From the NCBI GenBank assembly GCA_000146045.2, contig BK006945.2:288001-352000 (forward strand): 64,000 bases of DNA. The letters are read 5' to 3'. The notes under the pieces were generated by a model. The model was not told the origin of the DNA. It made no database searches and saw nothing but the letters and a program-made list of their open reading frames with translations. The translations under genes were made by a program, and so were the position numbers. Below, in pieces: positions 55,989 through 64,000 of the stretch (within the stretch, counting starts at the first letter, position 1; every line of letters starts with the position of its first letter). Source of the DNA: TPA_inf: Saccharomyces (Eukaryota).

Positions 55989-57941
55989 TTATAACAATCC
56001 ACTCAAGGTCAGCTTCTCCAGGAATGGTGAAAGATCTTCACGACGTATTTCAATTATGGAACTTTCAAAATTATCTATTCTCACTTTAGCATCCGTTTCT
56101 GCAGTTATTTGTTGAAACGCCATGCTGAAATTATTCAAAATAGGTTTTTTTGTGTGTATCGTGTCTAGTCCGCGAGGATACCTAGGTGTTAACCCAGCAA
56201 CCAAGTAAGTGTCCGTATTTTCATCTATGCTGGCAAGCACCATGGGCAACAATTGCTTGTCTTCAGATTCCGCACAGCATTCTATGAGCCAATTTCCTAA
56301 TCTTAATAACGTCAATGGGTTTCTGTACAAGTCTAAATCGGGTCCGTCTTGTAAGACGCATAATCTATAAATTCTTAAATGCTTGATTAATTTCTTCTCC
56401 AATATAGCAACCCCGGTATTAAAAATTGCTCTCTGTAAGTCTTGTGCTAGTTGAATGCCACGGTTTAATAGTTCCACCTTTCTGTCATCTAGAGCATCCC
56501 AACTGAGCCAAAAATTCGAAACCCATCTTTTTCTCAAATTCGTCAATTTTTGAGCGCTGTTATCTTCTTCTTCCTCTCCATCTGTATCGTCATTATTGTC
56601 ATTATTTATTTTCACACTATCCTTATCAGTTGAATTACCTACTTCCAAAAGAGCTGTTAGTGCTTCGACAAATTCACTGGCACTTATGGACCCACGATAT
56701 CCAAGAGTTCTAACAAACCCATCTCTAATTATATCTTGCAACCCATAACGATCCAAATTTTTGTCAAATATTATCCCAAGTTCTCTCTTAATAGAATGAT
56801 CCATGTATAACCATGTTTCTTGTGCAGTACTTAATGGTATACCCATTCTAGCAAACATCTTATGCAATCTCTTTTTCCCATTTTCATTCCATAGGGATAG
56901 TTTGGCATTGACATAGTTAGAATAATAAAAACTGTCGTACAATGAAGAATGCCTCAGTAAGAAAAGGTAGTAATCCGGTTGGATGTTTAACGTCAATGTA
57001 TCAGGGGTCTTTACTGAGTTTCTACTGCTTGGTGTGAGACGCTTCACTTCATCTTGCAATAAGGGGTATAATCGATTGTAAACTTGAGCATATGCTATAT
57101 CTAACGAGGTCGTACCAAGTATATTCAACCACAGGTTTGAAAGATTTGTTTCTCCGATAGCAGACAATAATGAATAGATTTGTGCAGATATCGAGTTAAC
57201 CACTGTTGTGCCTTGAGAATAGTATTCCTCCAAAACACCTTCATATTCATGGATTTGCTTCTTTCGTTGCTTTCTTTTTGAGAGATCATTCGGTCCTATT
57301 GAAGAATTACCTCTTTTATTAGATATTGTCTCATCTTCGTCTTCTTCGTCCTCGTCTGTGACTTCATCGGCATCAGTTGCCTCATCGTCACCCCCATTAT
57401 TATCGTTCTCGTCACCTGAGAGCTCATCGTCACCACTCTCCTCGTCCAGTTCAAGCAATTTATAGTATGCTTCTTTTTGTTCGCCTAATGTGTCATCCAC
57501 CGTACCGTCGTCAAAACATTGGATGATTTGTGATCCAAATATATTGTCGAGATTCCACGGTCTATGAGCATCCAACACGTAGATGTCTCTCCTGAAACTT
57601 TGTTCCCCCGACTTTTCATCTGTATCGATAACATACTCTTGGGGATCGATTTCTAAGAAAGCCTCCAGATCAATAACGCCTCCAAACCCTACTAATAGCA
57701 GACTATTTATATTGTCATCCAATTGAGAATAGTGGCGTCGTAATTCAGAGTACCCAAATATCGGTACTATTTGAGATTGTACCAATTGTTTTTTGAATAA
57801 TAGTGACAACATCTTCGTCGCACACAGCGCATCGATGTTAAGACAAGAAACGAAAATGACCAATTGACATGATGAATGAGACGATGAATTCCTTAAGATT
57901 TTGTTGTAGGCTTCGCTAAACTGGCTGATTCCATAATACAT
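55989..57941 (-). CDS. CDC45: CDC45, a replication initiation factor and CMG helicase component, 650 aa.
   Basis: A 650-aa ORF with an internal acidic stretch (DDELSGDENDNNGGDDEATDADEVTDEDEEDEDE). Size and position match YLR103C. MCB elements lie upstream. Confidence 0.9.
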   Translation of the reverse strand: MYYGISQFSEAYNKILRNSSSHSSCQLVIFVSCLNIDALCATKMLSLLFKKQLVQSQIVPIFGYSELRRHYSQLDDNINSLLLVGFGGVIDLEAFLEIDPQEYVIDTDEKSGEQSFRRDIYVLDAHRPWNLDNIFGSQIIQCFDDGTVDDTLGEQKEAYYKLLELDEESGDDELSGDENDNNGGDDEATDADEVTDEDEEDEDETISNKRGNSSIGPNDLSKRKQRKKQIHEYEGVLEEYYSQGTTVVNSISAQIYSLLSAIGETNLSNLWLNILGTTSLDIAYAQVYNRLYPLLQDEVKRLTPSSRNSVKTPDTLTLNIQPDYYLFLLRHSSLYDSFYYSNYVNAKLSLWNENGKKRLHKMFARMGIPLSTAQETWLYMDHSIKRELGIIFDKNLDRYGLQDIIRDGFVRTLGYRGSISASEFVEALTALLEVGNSTDKDSVKINNDNNDDTDGEEEEDNSAQKLTNLRKRWVSNFWLSWDALDDRKVELLNRGIQLAQDLQRAIFNTGVAILEKKLIKHLRIYRLCVLQDGPDLDLYRNPLTLLRLGNWLIECCAESEDKQLLPMVLASIDENTDTYLVAGLTPRYPRGLDTIHTKKPILNNFSMAFQQITAETDAKVRIDNFESSIIEIRREDLSPFLEKLTLSGLL

Positions 57942-58085
57942 GTGCGAGAGTATATTCTTGTTATTATGTGCCTTCTCTCTAGTGTTTATTGCTACACTTT
58001 TATTGCTCTATAGTGCGTTGTATAAAGTAGCCACAATGGATTGTTGGCATTACTACAGCTTCATTATTTACTGAAATTTCTTAAA

Positions 58086-58121
58086 ACGCGTTAGATGATA
58101 TGTTGAAAAAAAAATACGCGT
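58086..58121. promoter_or_regulatory. Two MluI cell-cycle boxes (ACGCGT) at about 58086-58091 and 58116-58121, 145-180 bp upstream of CDC45. These are MBF (Mbp1-Swi6) G1/S elements.
   Basis: aaACGCGTtag and aatACGCGTcgtg are seen directly. CDC45 is a known MBF target. Confidence 0.7.
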
Positions 58122-58584
58122 CGTGAATGAAACTTATTAGGTTTTACGACTAGTTAAAGCAAGAGAGAGAAGATCGAATTGACTAAATGTCTTCACTTTG
58201 AATTTATTCTAGTAGGATTCGCATGGCTTTTTCATAATAAAAATCTCGTTTATTTATGCTTTTGGTTGGTTTTCCTTTGATAAATGCGGCCCTTGCTTTG
58301 TTTGTGGTTGCAACGAGTTCGTCAAATGATAAATTGACGCTTAACACAGACGCATGGGAACCACGTAATTGAATTAATGTTTTCTTCTCGAAACAATTGC
58401 AATGTGACTTTCTTGTTAGGCAATGTGAGATGAAAGATGGCCTTTACCTTTGCAGATGTTTGGGTGTGGCTCTGAGCTGTCCTTTATAATTATAGAGATA
58501 ATTTTGATGAAAGCTCAGAAGACCTTTAATGACGAAAAATAGGCATGGTTTGCCAGGCAAAAAACGACCAAATTTTACTGTAGT

Positions 58585-58980
58585 ATGAGTCAAAGTCGCT
58601 GGAGTATCGTTCTCATCTTTGCATTGTTTATTTTTGGCAGCACTGGAGTGAATGCCTTCTTCAATTTCGGTCATCATCAGCAACAGCAACAGCAACAGCA
58701 ACAATCATATGAAGATCAAGTTTTAAATAACCCTTGTGATGGGTATTTGTGTCCGGACACCCTAACGTGCGTTGCACAGCAGAAAGACTGTCCTTGTCCC
58801 TTCCCTAAATCTCAGTTGAAATGTGTCCTTCCTGATAATAAATTTGTTTGCATATCCAAACCAGCCACACACAATGAAAAGTTTAGAGCAATATATGATG
58901 ACCCTGTCAAGGGCCCCAAAGCAAAGAACAAGGGGTTTAGGGATTGTGGATGGGTATCAGATGCTTACAAAAACCATTGA
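58585..58980 (+). CDS. LCL2: LCL2, a 131-aa secreted/ER protein with a signal peptide, a polyQ tract and a Cys-rich C-terminal half.
   Basis: A 131-aa ORF (MSQSRWSIVLIFALFIFGSTGVNA signal). Size and position match YLR104W. Confidence 0.85.
   Translation: MSQSRWSIVLIFALFIFGSTGVNAFFNFGHHQQQQQQQQQSYEDQVLNNPCDGYLCPDTLTCVAQQKDCPCPFPKSQLKCVLPDNKFVCISKPATHNEKFRAIYDDPVKGPKAKNKGFRDCGWVSDAYKNH
58672..58704. repeat. (CAT)2(CAG CAA)4CAA repeat encoding HHQQQQQQQQQ in LCL2.
   Basis: The run catcatcagcaacagcaacagcaacagcaacaa is seen directly in the sequence. Confidence 0.9.
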
Positions 58981-59046
58981 AATCTGTATAAAAAATACAT
59001 ACACATACATATATACATACGAAGGATTTATCTTCTCATTGATATT

Positions 59047-60180
59047 CTAGTCTCTATTTCTTCCGGGAACCCATCTCTTATACAATACTTCACCAACTTG
59101 AAAACTATTGAACAATTTAGTAAAGTTGTTTGATTTCCATAGTGCTATCGCCTCCTGTTCCGAGATTAGTCTCTCCACGTAGCATAACACAAACGTCTTC
59201 TTTGCGCCGCCCACAACACGGGCTATGCTAGAATACCACGTATAATCTTTAGAGACGTCGTGGTCAAGACCCATAACACAAAATTCAGCGTGTTGAAATG
59301 GTGGCCCTCTCTTATATAATAAATAATCGCAGCCGAATTTTATACCAGATCTTACGCACCAACCGTGTGATCTGTAGTGATGGTATATAACGTATGATCT
59401 GACAAAGGAGTGAATATCTTTATATTTGGCATCGAATTGAAACAGTTTCCCTGCCAGGCACGCGGGAGATATGTCAAGAACAGGAAGTGCAAAAGTTAAA
59501 AACATAGCTTCCACTGGCATTAGTTCTAGTGACTCTAGTGGCAAAAGATCACCGTTCTCATCAAGAAGATTGTTGTCTTCATCTCTTAAATTTGATTCGG
59601 AAATGTCTTGCTGTTGTGCAACGATGCCCACGTCTTCTGTTTGTTTTAGTTTAAATTTTCTTAATGATTCTCGTTGTTTCTCAAGGAGGATGTTTTCCTC
59701 ATCGATATGACCACCTTTTTTTCTTAATTCTAGTAATTCTCTTTCTAACTTCGCACGTTCTTTCTTGAACTCTAATCTTTGTAATCTCCTCTGTTGTGTG
59801 ACCTTCTCTAAAGTCATCTCCGTTTCAGTATTACTCTTTGTTCCTCCCCGATTGTGGAGGGGAGTATCATTGAGACCCAGTCTGGCCTCTGTTCTAGCTT
59901 TCCATGTAGGCTCACTCCTGCTAAATTGACCAGTGCCAAAAAATCCATTATTCCAAAGATATAGCATTTGCTTGTCATCTTGAACCGTGATGTGAAGAGT
60001 GGTATCTCCTATAAAATCTACATGTACTTTATCGTTCAGTGCGTTCGTACTCTTGTAATAGCGGTATGCCCAATATAGCCAAGATAACGGATTATGAAGG
60101 ATTAACTCTGGAAGGTCATCTACGGGGTGAATTGGAAGAGGATACTTGTAACGCTTCTGATTGACCCTCCCTTTAGACAT
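59047..60180 (-). CDS. SEN2: SEN2, the catalytic subunit of tRNA-splicing endonuclease, 377 aa.
   Basis: A 377-aa ORF with a C-terminal endonuclease catalytic domain (HAEF...YLLYKRGPPFQHAEFCV-type region). Size and position match YLR105C. Confidence 0.88.
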   Translation of the reverse strand: MSKGRVNQKRYKYPLPIHPVDDLPELILHNPLSWLYWAYRYYKSTNALNDKVHVDFIGDTTLHITVQDDKQMLYLWNNGFFGTGQFSRSEPTWKARTEARLGLNDTPLHNRGGTKSNTETEMTLEKVTQQRRLQRLEFKKERAKLERELLELRKKGGHIDEENILLEKQRESLRKFKLKQTEDVGIVAQQQDISESNLRDEDNNLLDENGDLLPLESLELMPVEAMFLTFALPVLDISPACLAGKLFQFDAKYKDIHSFVRSYVIYHHYRSHGWCVRSGIKFGCDYLLYKRGPPFQHAEFCVMGLDHDVSKDYTWYSSIARVVGGAKKTFVLCYVERLISEQEAIALWKSNNFTKLFNSFQVGEVLYKRWVPGRNRD

Positions 60181-60426
60181 GCTCCTTCTTGAGTCCTTCG
60201 TACTTATTGTCTTTTCAGCGTCGTGTTACAATGAAACGTTTTAGCATATTGAATTTCGATGGAAGTTCAAATGTTTTATGCACCGAAATGAAATACTAGA
60301 GCAAAGAGATGTTAGTGAAAGCACCAGCTAATATAGCTCTTTCAAATTTACGTGAAAAAGTTATGTGTGGCAATATAAATCTATAGCAAGAGTGGCTTCT
60401 ATAAAACATTTTTGACAAGAAATAAA

Positions 60427-60510
60427 ATTCAGATACCGTTGTAGTCTTGAGAAATCATTGTGCTCACATCGATTAACTTCGAGCAACATAAATCATGCTA
60501 TCATCATTAA
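60427..60510 (-). ncRNA. SNR79: Box C/D snoRNA of about 84 nt, consistent with snR79, which guides 2'-O-methylation of 18S rRNA C1007.
   Basis: The minus strand reads UUAAUGAUGA (C box, plus 60501-60507) ...UGAUUU... AAGACUACAACGGUAU-CUGA (D box, plus 60429-60432)-AU. The 16 nt just 5' of the D box are antisense to the conserved 18S segment GAUACCGUCGUAGUCUU with one A-C mismatch. This places the fifth nucleotide upstream of the D box opposite the second C of AUACC. Size and intergenic location match my recollection of SNR79. Confidence 0.7.
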
Positions 60511-61005
60511 AATAAAGTGGAAGTATTAAGAACAGATATAATAGCACGAGAAAAAACTCGTTCAACTAAGTCTAGACACACCTCCTGGTGTTATTTAGTC
60601 CGTTCTCTTAACAACCAAAGCCTACGAGCTCTCAAACAGCTCTTTTGTTTTAACTTCCTATAGAACTGAATGGGAAACTTGCATCTTGAAGAAAATTTTT
60701 CTCTTTAAATATCTGACTGAAGTATTGATCCCTTCAAAAAAAAAAAAAAAGAGAGTTGGTTACCCATATGGGAATAATATTTCTTAGGGCTAATTGACAA
60801 AGGATTGCTAACAGAAAATGCAAAGGACTAATAACTTGAATCATTTTTATATCAGGTTTATATAGGTATACGTTCAGTCTAATTAATAATTTATAGTTTA
60901 CAGTAGTTTTTTACAGTAGTTTTTTTTTTTTTTTTTCAGTTCCATGATTTTTTTGTTCCTTTGATTCGTGTAGTAAACCTCCTCTTCTTGGTTTTCACGA
61001 TATAC

Positions 61006-64000
61006 TTAGCTGGATGCCAGGTCTGTAAAGTATTGACGCAAAATCAGTGAAAGCATTTCGGGTAGTTCGCTTATATCGTGTACAACAACATAAAATTCAA
61101 AAGGAAATGTGTCCAAGTATTTGGTAATCTTTAATTGCGGATTGCCATACTGATCTGGAATGTAGTTCACTTGGCTCATGTCTAAGATGGATTCATTAGA
61201 AGTAATACCATCTATGATGACAAAAACCAGCATAATTTTGTTTTCTCTAGCACGGCGGACCAGTTTTTGTATTGTTTCATGGTCTTCGCAAATACCATCA
61301 GAGATTACAATTTCTAGTTGCCATTGGTCATTATGTACCATAGCGCGAGCACGTTCAAAAATTTTAGTAGATTCAGCCACAAGTTTCTTAACGTCTGTTT
61401 TAGTTTCTTGGAAACCAAACCATTGAAAAGCTCTTGCGCCAGATTCGTTACTAAATTGTTGGTCAAATGAGTGAACTTCTTTAATATTTTCACCGAATTT
61501 GACAATAGATAACCCTCCAGCCTCTAGCTGAGTTAACGTCTTGGAGACCAAGCATAAACTATCAAAAGCGAGTTTAACGCATTTAGATTCGCTCATAGAC
61601 TTAGAATCATCAAGCGCAATCATTATTTGATACTGACGTTTGCTTGGTTTAGTTCTTCTCAACCAGATTTTATCTTTACGGAATTGTGAGGCAATATATG
61701 GAATGATCCGTTTCATATTCAGTCTCTTACCTGTTTTGTAATCACCCTTCAGCTTTGTAGCCAAGGTAGGTTCCAAGATTAGTCTTAATTGTTCTCCAAG
61801 ACGTGATACTAAATCGGCGGTCGAAATTTCACTTTTATGCCACAATTCACGGGATTCTTCTAACGATCTTTCCGGTGTCAAACTAGCACTTGCATCAGGT
61901 GGATTATCCTCAATGTTTTCAATTAAAGATTGTATTTCACTGTCATCCTCTTGATCAGCCGAGAAGTGTTCATTTGAAAGTTCGTTCTCAAAATCTTCCT
62001 CACTCTTTCTTTTACCGATGAATCCTGACTTTTTGCTGTCAACGTCATTGTTAGCGTCATGCGCGTCGATATCAGATAGCATCTCTTCTTCATCAATATC
62101 CATTTTTTCATCATCGGCGTCTTCTACTAACTCTTTCTGGTCCACTTCTTGCTCCTCCCTATCATCATCAATGGCCATGTCTTCATCAATGGTTTGTAAT
62201 TGATCCTGTGTTGCAGAACCTAAAGCTTGCGTATCTGTTTCAGTATTTGCACCCTCAACATGTTCAAATTCATCGGGACGTTCATTGTTTTTTTCCAAAT
62301 TTTCGTCCTCTTCGCCATTAGTTTGTGCTTCTTTTATATCTTGACGACGTCTATGATATTCTTTCATGCTATCACCTAGTTGCTTTAAAGCAGCCGTAGC
62401 CTCTTCGCGTGATTCTTCATTATTCTTTGTCACATCTTCTTGATCTTCTTCATAGGTATTCTGAGTCGTTCCTGAACCTCCAACATCGTCCTGTTCTTGT
62501 GTGTCCGTAGCATCAGCACCAGCACCTTTGGATCCAGAATCTTGTTGAACGGCAGCTTCTTGATCGATGTCTTCAGTATCAGCCTTTTCCTCAACGCCAT
62601 CAAGACCTTCTGTATTCTGCTCACCTCCTTTCTCTTTGTTTTCTTCCATAGCAGCATCTTGCTTTAACTCTTCTTCATCAGACATGGCTTGCTCTTCTGG
62701 GCCATTTTCTTCGTCTTCCTTTCCCTCATCATTAGTCATATCCACATCCTCTTCAGCACCTTCTTCTTCGTCAAGAGCTGTTTCTGTCTCGCCGGCATCT
62801 TCCTCAGGACCAGGTTCGTCGTTTTCATTATCACTTTCGATACCGGATTCTTGTTTGACTTCTTCGTCTTCGTTTCCAACCTCTTCCTTGTTTAGGTCAT
62901 CAGGCATTCCATCTGACATATCAACATCTTCGTCTGATTCTTCATGCTCTGAATCTAAATTCATATCTTCAGGAAGGTCTAGGGTTTCGATTTCAGGAAC
63001 ATTAGCCTCCAAATCCTCGCCTTCTTCATCTTTAACTTCGTCCTCCTGTTCACCAACGTCGTTTTCCTCTTCTGCATTTTCATCGTTTTCAATTTCCTCA
63101 TCGCCATCTTCAGGTGCATTTGGGTCCTCATCCCCTCCTTCCTTGTTATCCCGCTGTTGTTCGTCATTTTCAGCAGCTTGTACATCTTCCTCTTGATTTT
63201 TTCCATCTAAATTCTGGTCTGTATCTTTTTCTTTTGAATTATCACTTGCCTTATCATCCCACATTTTATCATCAATAGCGTTGGGGTCATCTTCATTCAG
63301 GTCATCAATTTCTTCATCTAATTCTTCTTCTTCGCTATCAGTATCTTCATCATCATTTTCTTCACCATTAGACAAATCTTCCAATTCACCAGCCATATCG
63401 CCCTCCATCTCAACTGCATCATCTTCATTCTCGTCATCCCTCTCATCTTTATCTTGTTGTTCTTTGTTTTCGTTTTGTGCATCCTCAGTCAAATCTTCGT
63501 CTTGTTCGACGTCTTTATTGTTATTTTGAGCACCTTCACCGTCTCCCAAGCCTGTACCCTCTTGCAAGTTTTTGTCGTCAACTTCTTCAGATGGTGGCTG
63601 CGGAGAACAGAACCCATTTTTGGCTAAGCTATGCAATATCGTCGATAGAATGTACATACCACGACTTGTGTTCGTGTAGTAGATTCTAGATCTTTCAAGA
63701 ACCACGGTCATTGCGTTGTAATAACGTGTGATTACCGGTAGTGTAAAGGATATAACTGATTTAACGTAAATTGATTCAGTAGTGGTAAAATCAAAGTCCT
63801 TCAACAAGGATAATGCTGTCTCTATATTTTTAGAAACAACACTGGATCGTAATAGTTTAACGTTTACCATAACTTTCTTGAAGCTAGCTGATAACCAGTT
63901 ATCATCAGTTTCGGATATAGATTCAATTCCATCTCCAATTACCTTCTGGAAAGATAATATAATAGATGTGAAAGTACGGCGGAAAGCCTGTTCAACATCT
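61006..64000 (-). CDS. MDN1: MDN1 (REA1/midasin), C-terminal about 1000 codons only; the ORF continues beyond the window edge. It contains a D/E-rich linker and a C-terminal MIDAS/VWA domain.
   Basis: Minus-strand frame is open from 61006 to the window end. The MIDAS motif DDSKSMS (DxSxS) lies at about 61600-61640, preceded by a roughly 500-aa extremely acidic low-complexity region. Position matches the YLR106C 3' end. Confidence 0.9.
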   Translation of the reverse strand, partial: DVEQAFRRTFTSIILSFQKVIGDGIESISETDDNWLSASFKKVMVNVKLLRSSVVSKNIETALSLLKDFDFTTTESIYVKSVISFTLPVITRYYNAMTVVLERSRIYYTNTSRGMYILSTILHSLAKNGFCSPQPPSEEVDDKNLQEGTGLGDGEGAQNNNKDVEQDEDLTEDAQNENKEQQDKDERDDENEDDAVEMEGDMAGELEDLSNGEENDDEDTDSEEEELDEEIDDLNEDDPNAIDDKMWDDKASDNSKEKDTDQNLDGKNQEEDVQAAENDEQQRDNKEGGDEDPNAPEDGDEEIENDENAEEENDVGEQEDEVKDEEGEDLEANVPEIETLDLPEDMNLDSEHEESDEDVDMSDGMPDDLNKEEVGNEDEEVKQESGIESDNENDEPGPEEDAGETETALDEEEGAEEDVDMTNDEGKEDEENGPEEQAMSDEEELKQDAAMEENKEKGGEQNTEGLDGVEEKADTEDIDQEAAVQQDSGSKGAGADATDTQEQDDVGGSGTTQNTYEEDQEDVTKNNEESREEATAALKQLGDSMKEYHRRRQDIKEAQTNGEEDENLEKNNERPDEFEHVEGANTETDTQALGSATQDQLQTIDEDMAIDDDREEQEVDQKELVEDADDEKMDIDEEEMLSDIDAHDANNDVDSKKSGFIGKRKSEEDFENELSNEHFSADQEDDSEIQSLIENIEDNPPDASASLTPERSLEESRELWHKSEISTADLVSRLGEQLRLILEPTLATKLKGDYKTGKRLNMKRIIPYIASQFRKDKIWLRRTKPSKRQYQIMIALDDSKSMSESKCVKLAFDSLCLVSKTLTQLEAGGLSIVKFGENIKEVHSFDQQFSNESGARAFQWFGFQETKTDVKKLVAESTKIFERARAMVHNDQWQLEIVISDGICEDHETIQKLVRRARENKIMLVFVIIDGITSNESILDMSQVNYIPDQYGNPQLKITKYLDTFPFEFYVVVHDISELPEMLSLILRQYFTDLASS

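Noticed and set aside
60897-60930. A short tandem duplication (ttacagtagtttttt x2) followed by a poly-T run upstream of the MDN1 3' end.
   Set aside because: A trivial 15-bp tandem repeat in AT-rich terminator DNA. It has no feature-level significance.
1-64000. Search for tRNA genes (A/B boxes, GTTCGA-type), Ty LTRs, CRISPR-like direct repeats, and additional C/D snoRNAs (RUGAUGA plus CUGA with a stem) in all intergenic spacers.
   Set aside because: Nothing was found apart from the two C/D candidates reported. Other UGAUGA occurrences (at 29990-30070, 39548, 48160, 49300 and 58507) lack a D box or stem, or lie in coding sequence.

Overview
This window looks like ordinary, well-annotated Saccharomyces cerevisiae chromosome XII (the YLR080W to YLR106C interval). 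I found no convincing novel system in it. Nothing here resembles prokaryotic defence loci, CRISPR arrays, Ty elements or tRNA genes.

Gene order and protein lengths match my recollection of the S288C reference almost exactly. Going by remembered coordinates for GAL2 and MDN1, window position 1 is roughly chrXII 288,001; this is memory, not a search result.

The 26 protein-coding genes, in order, are: EMP46 (5'-truncated), GAL2, SRL2, EMP70, RAX2, ARP6, SMC4, CSF1, GAA1, ALT1, XDJ1, GEP5, SUL2, NYV1 (spliced), GIS3, IOC2, KIN2, HRT3, CHA4, ICT1, MIM2, ERG27 (overlapped by the dubious YLR101C), APC9, CDC45, LCL2, SEN2, and the 3' ~3 kb of MDN1 (the gene runs off the window).

The six-frame track treats non-ATG codons (TTG etc.) as M. 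That wrongly extends SMC4, IOC2 and ICT1 at the N-terminus and mis-starts NYV1, which really has a 16-nt first exon and a 141-nt intron.

Features the ORF track cannot show:
- A box C/D snoRNA between SEN2 and MDN1, minus strand, about 60427..60510. Its guide is complementary to 18S rRNA and it matches snR79.
- A second, unannotated C/D-like architecture at 12411..12630 on the plus strand, in the RAX2 promoter. This is speculative.
- A cluster of 4-5 Gal4 sites (CGG-N11-CCG) upstream of GAL2.
- Cbf1 and Met31/32 motifs upstream of SUL2.
- Two MluI cell-cycle boxes in the CDC45/LCL2 divergent promoter.
- A perfect 16-bp GC palindrome in the ICT1/MIM2 divergent promoter.
- Several CAG/CAA and TA microsatellites.

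Motif coordinates come from manual counting and may be off by 1-2 nt. CDS coordinates follow the supplied ORF track.
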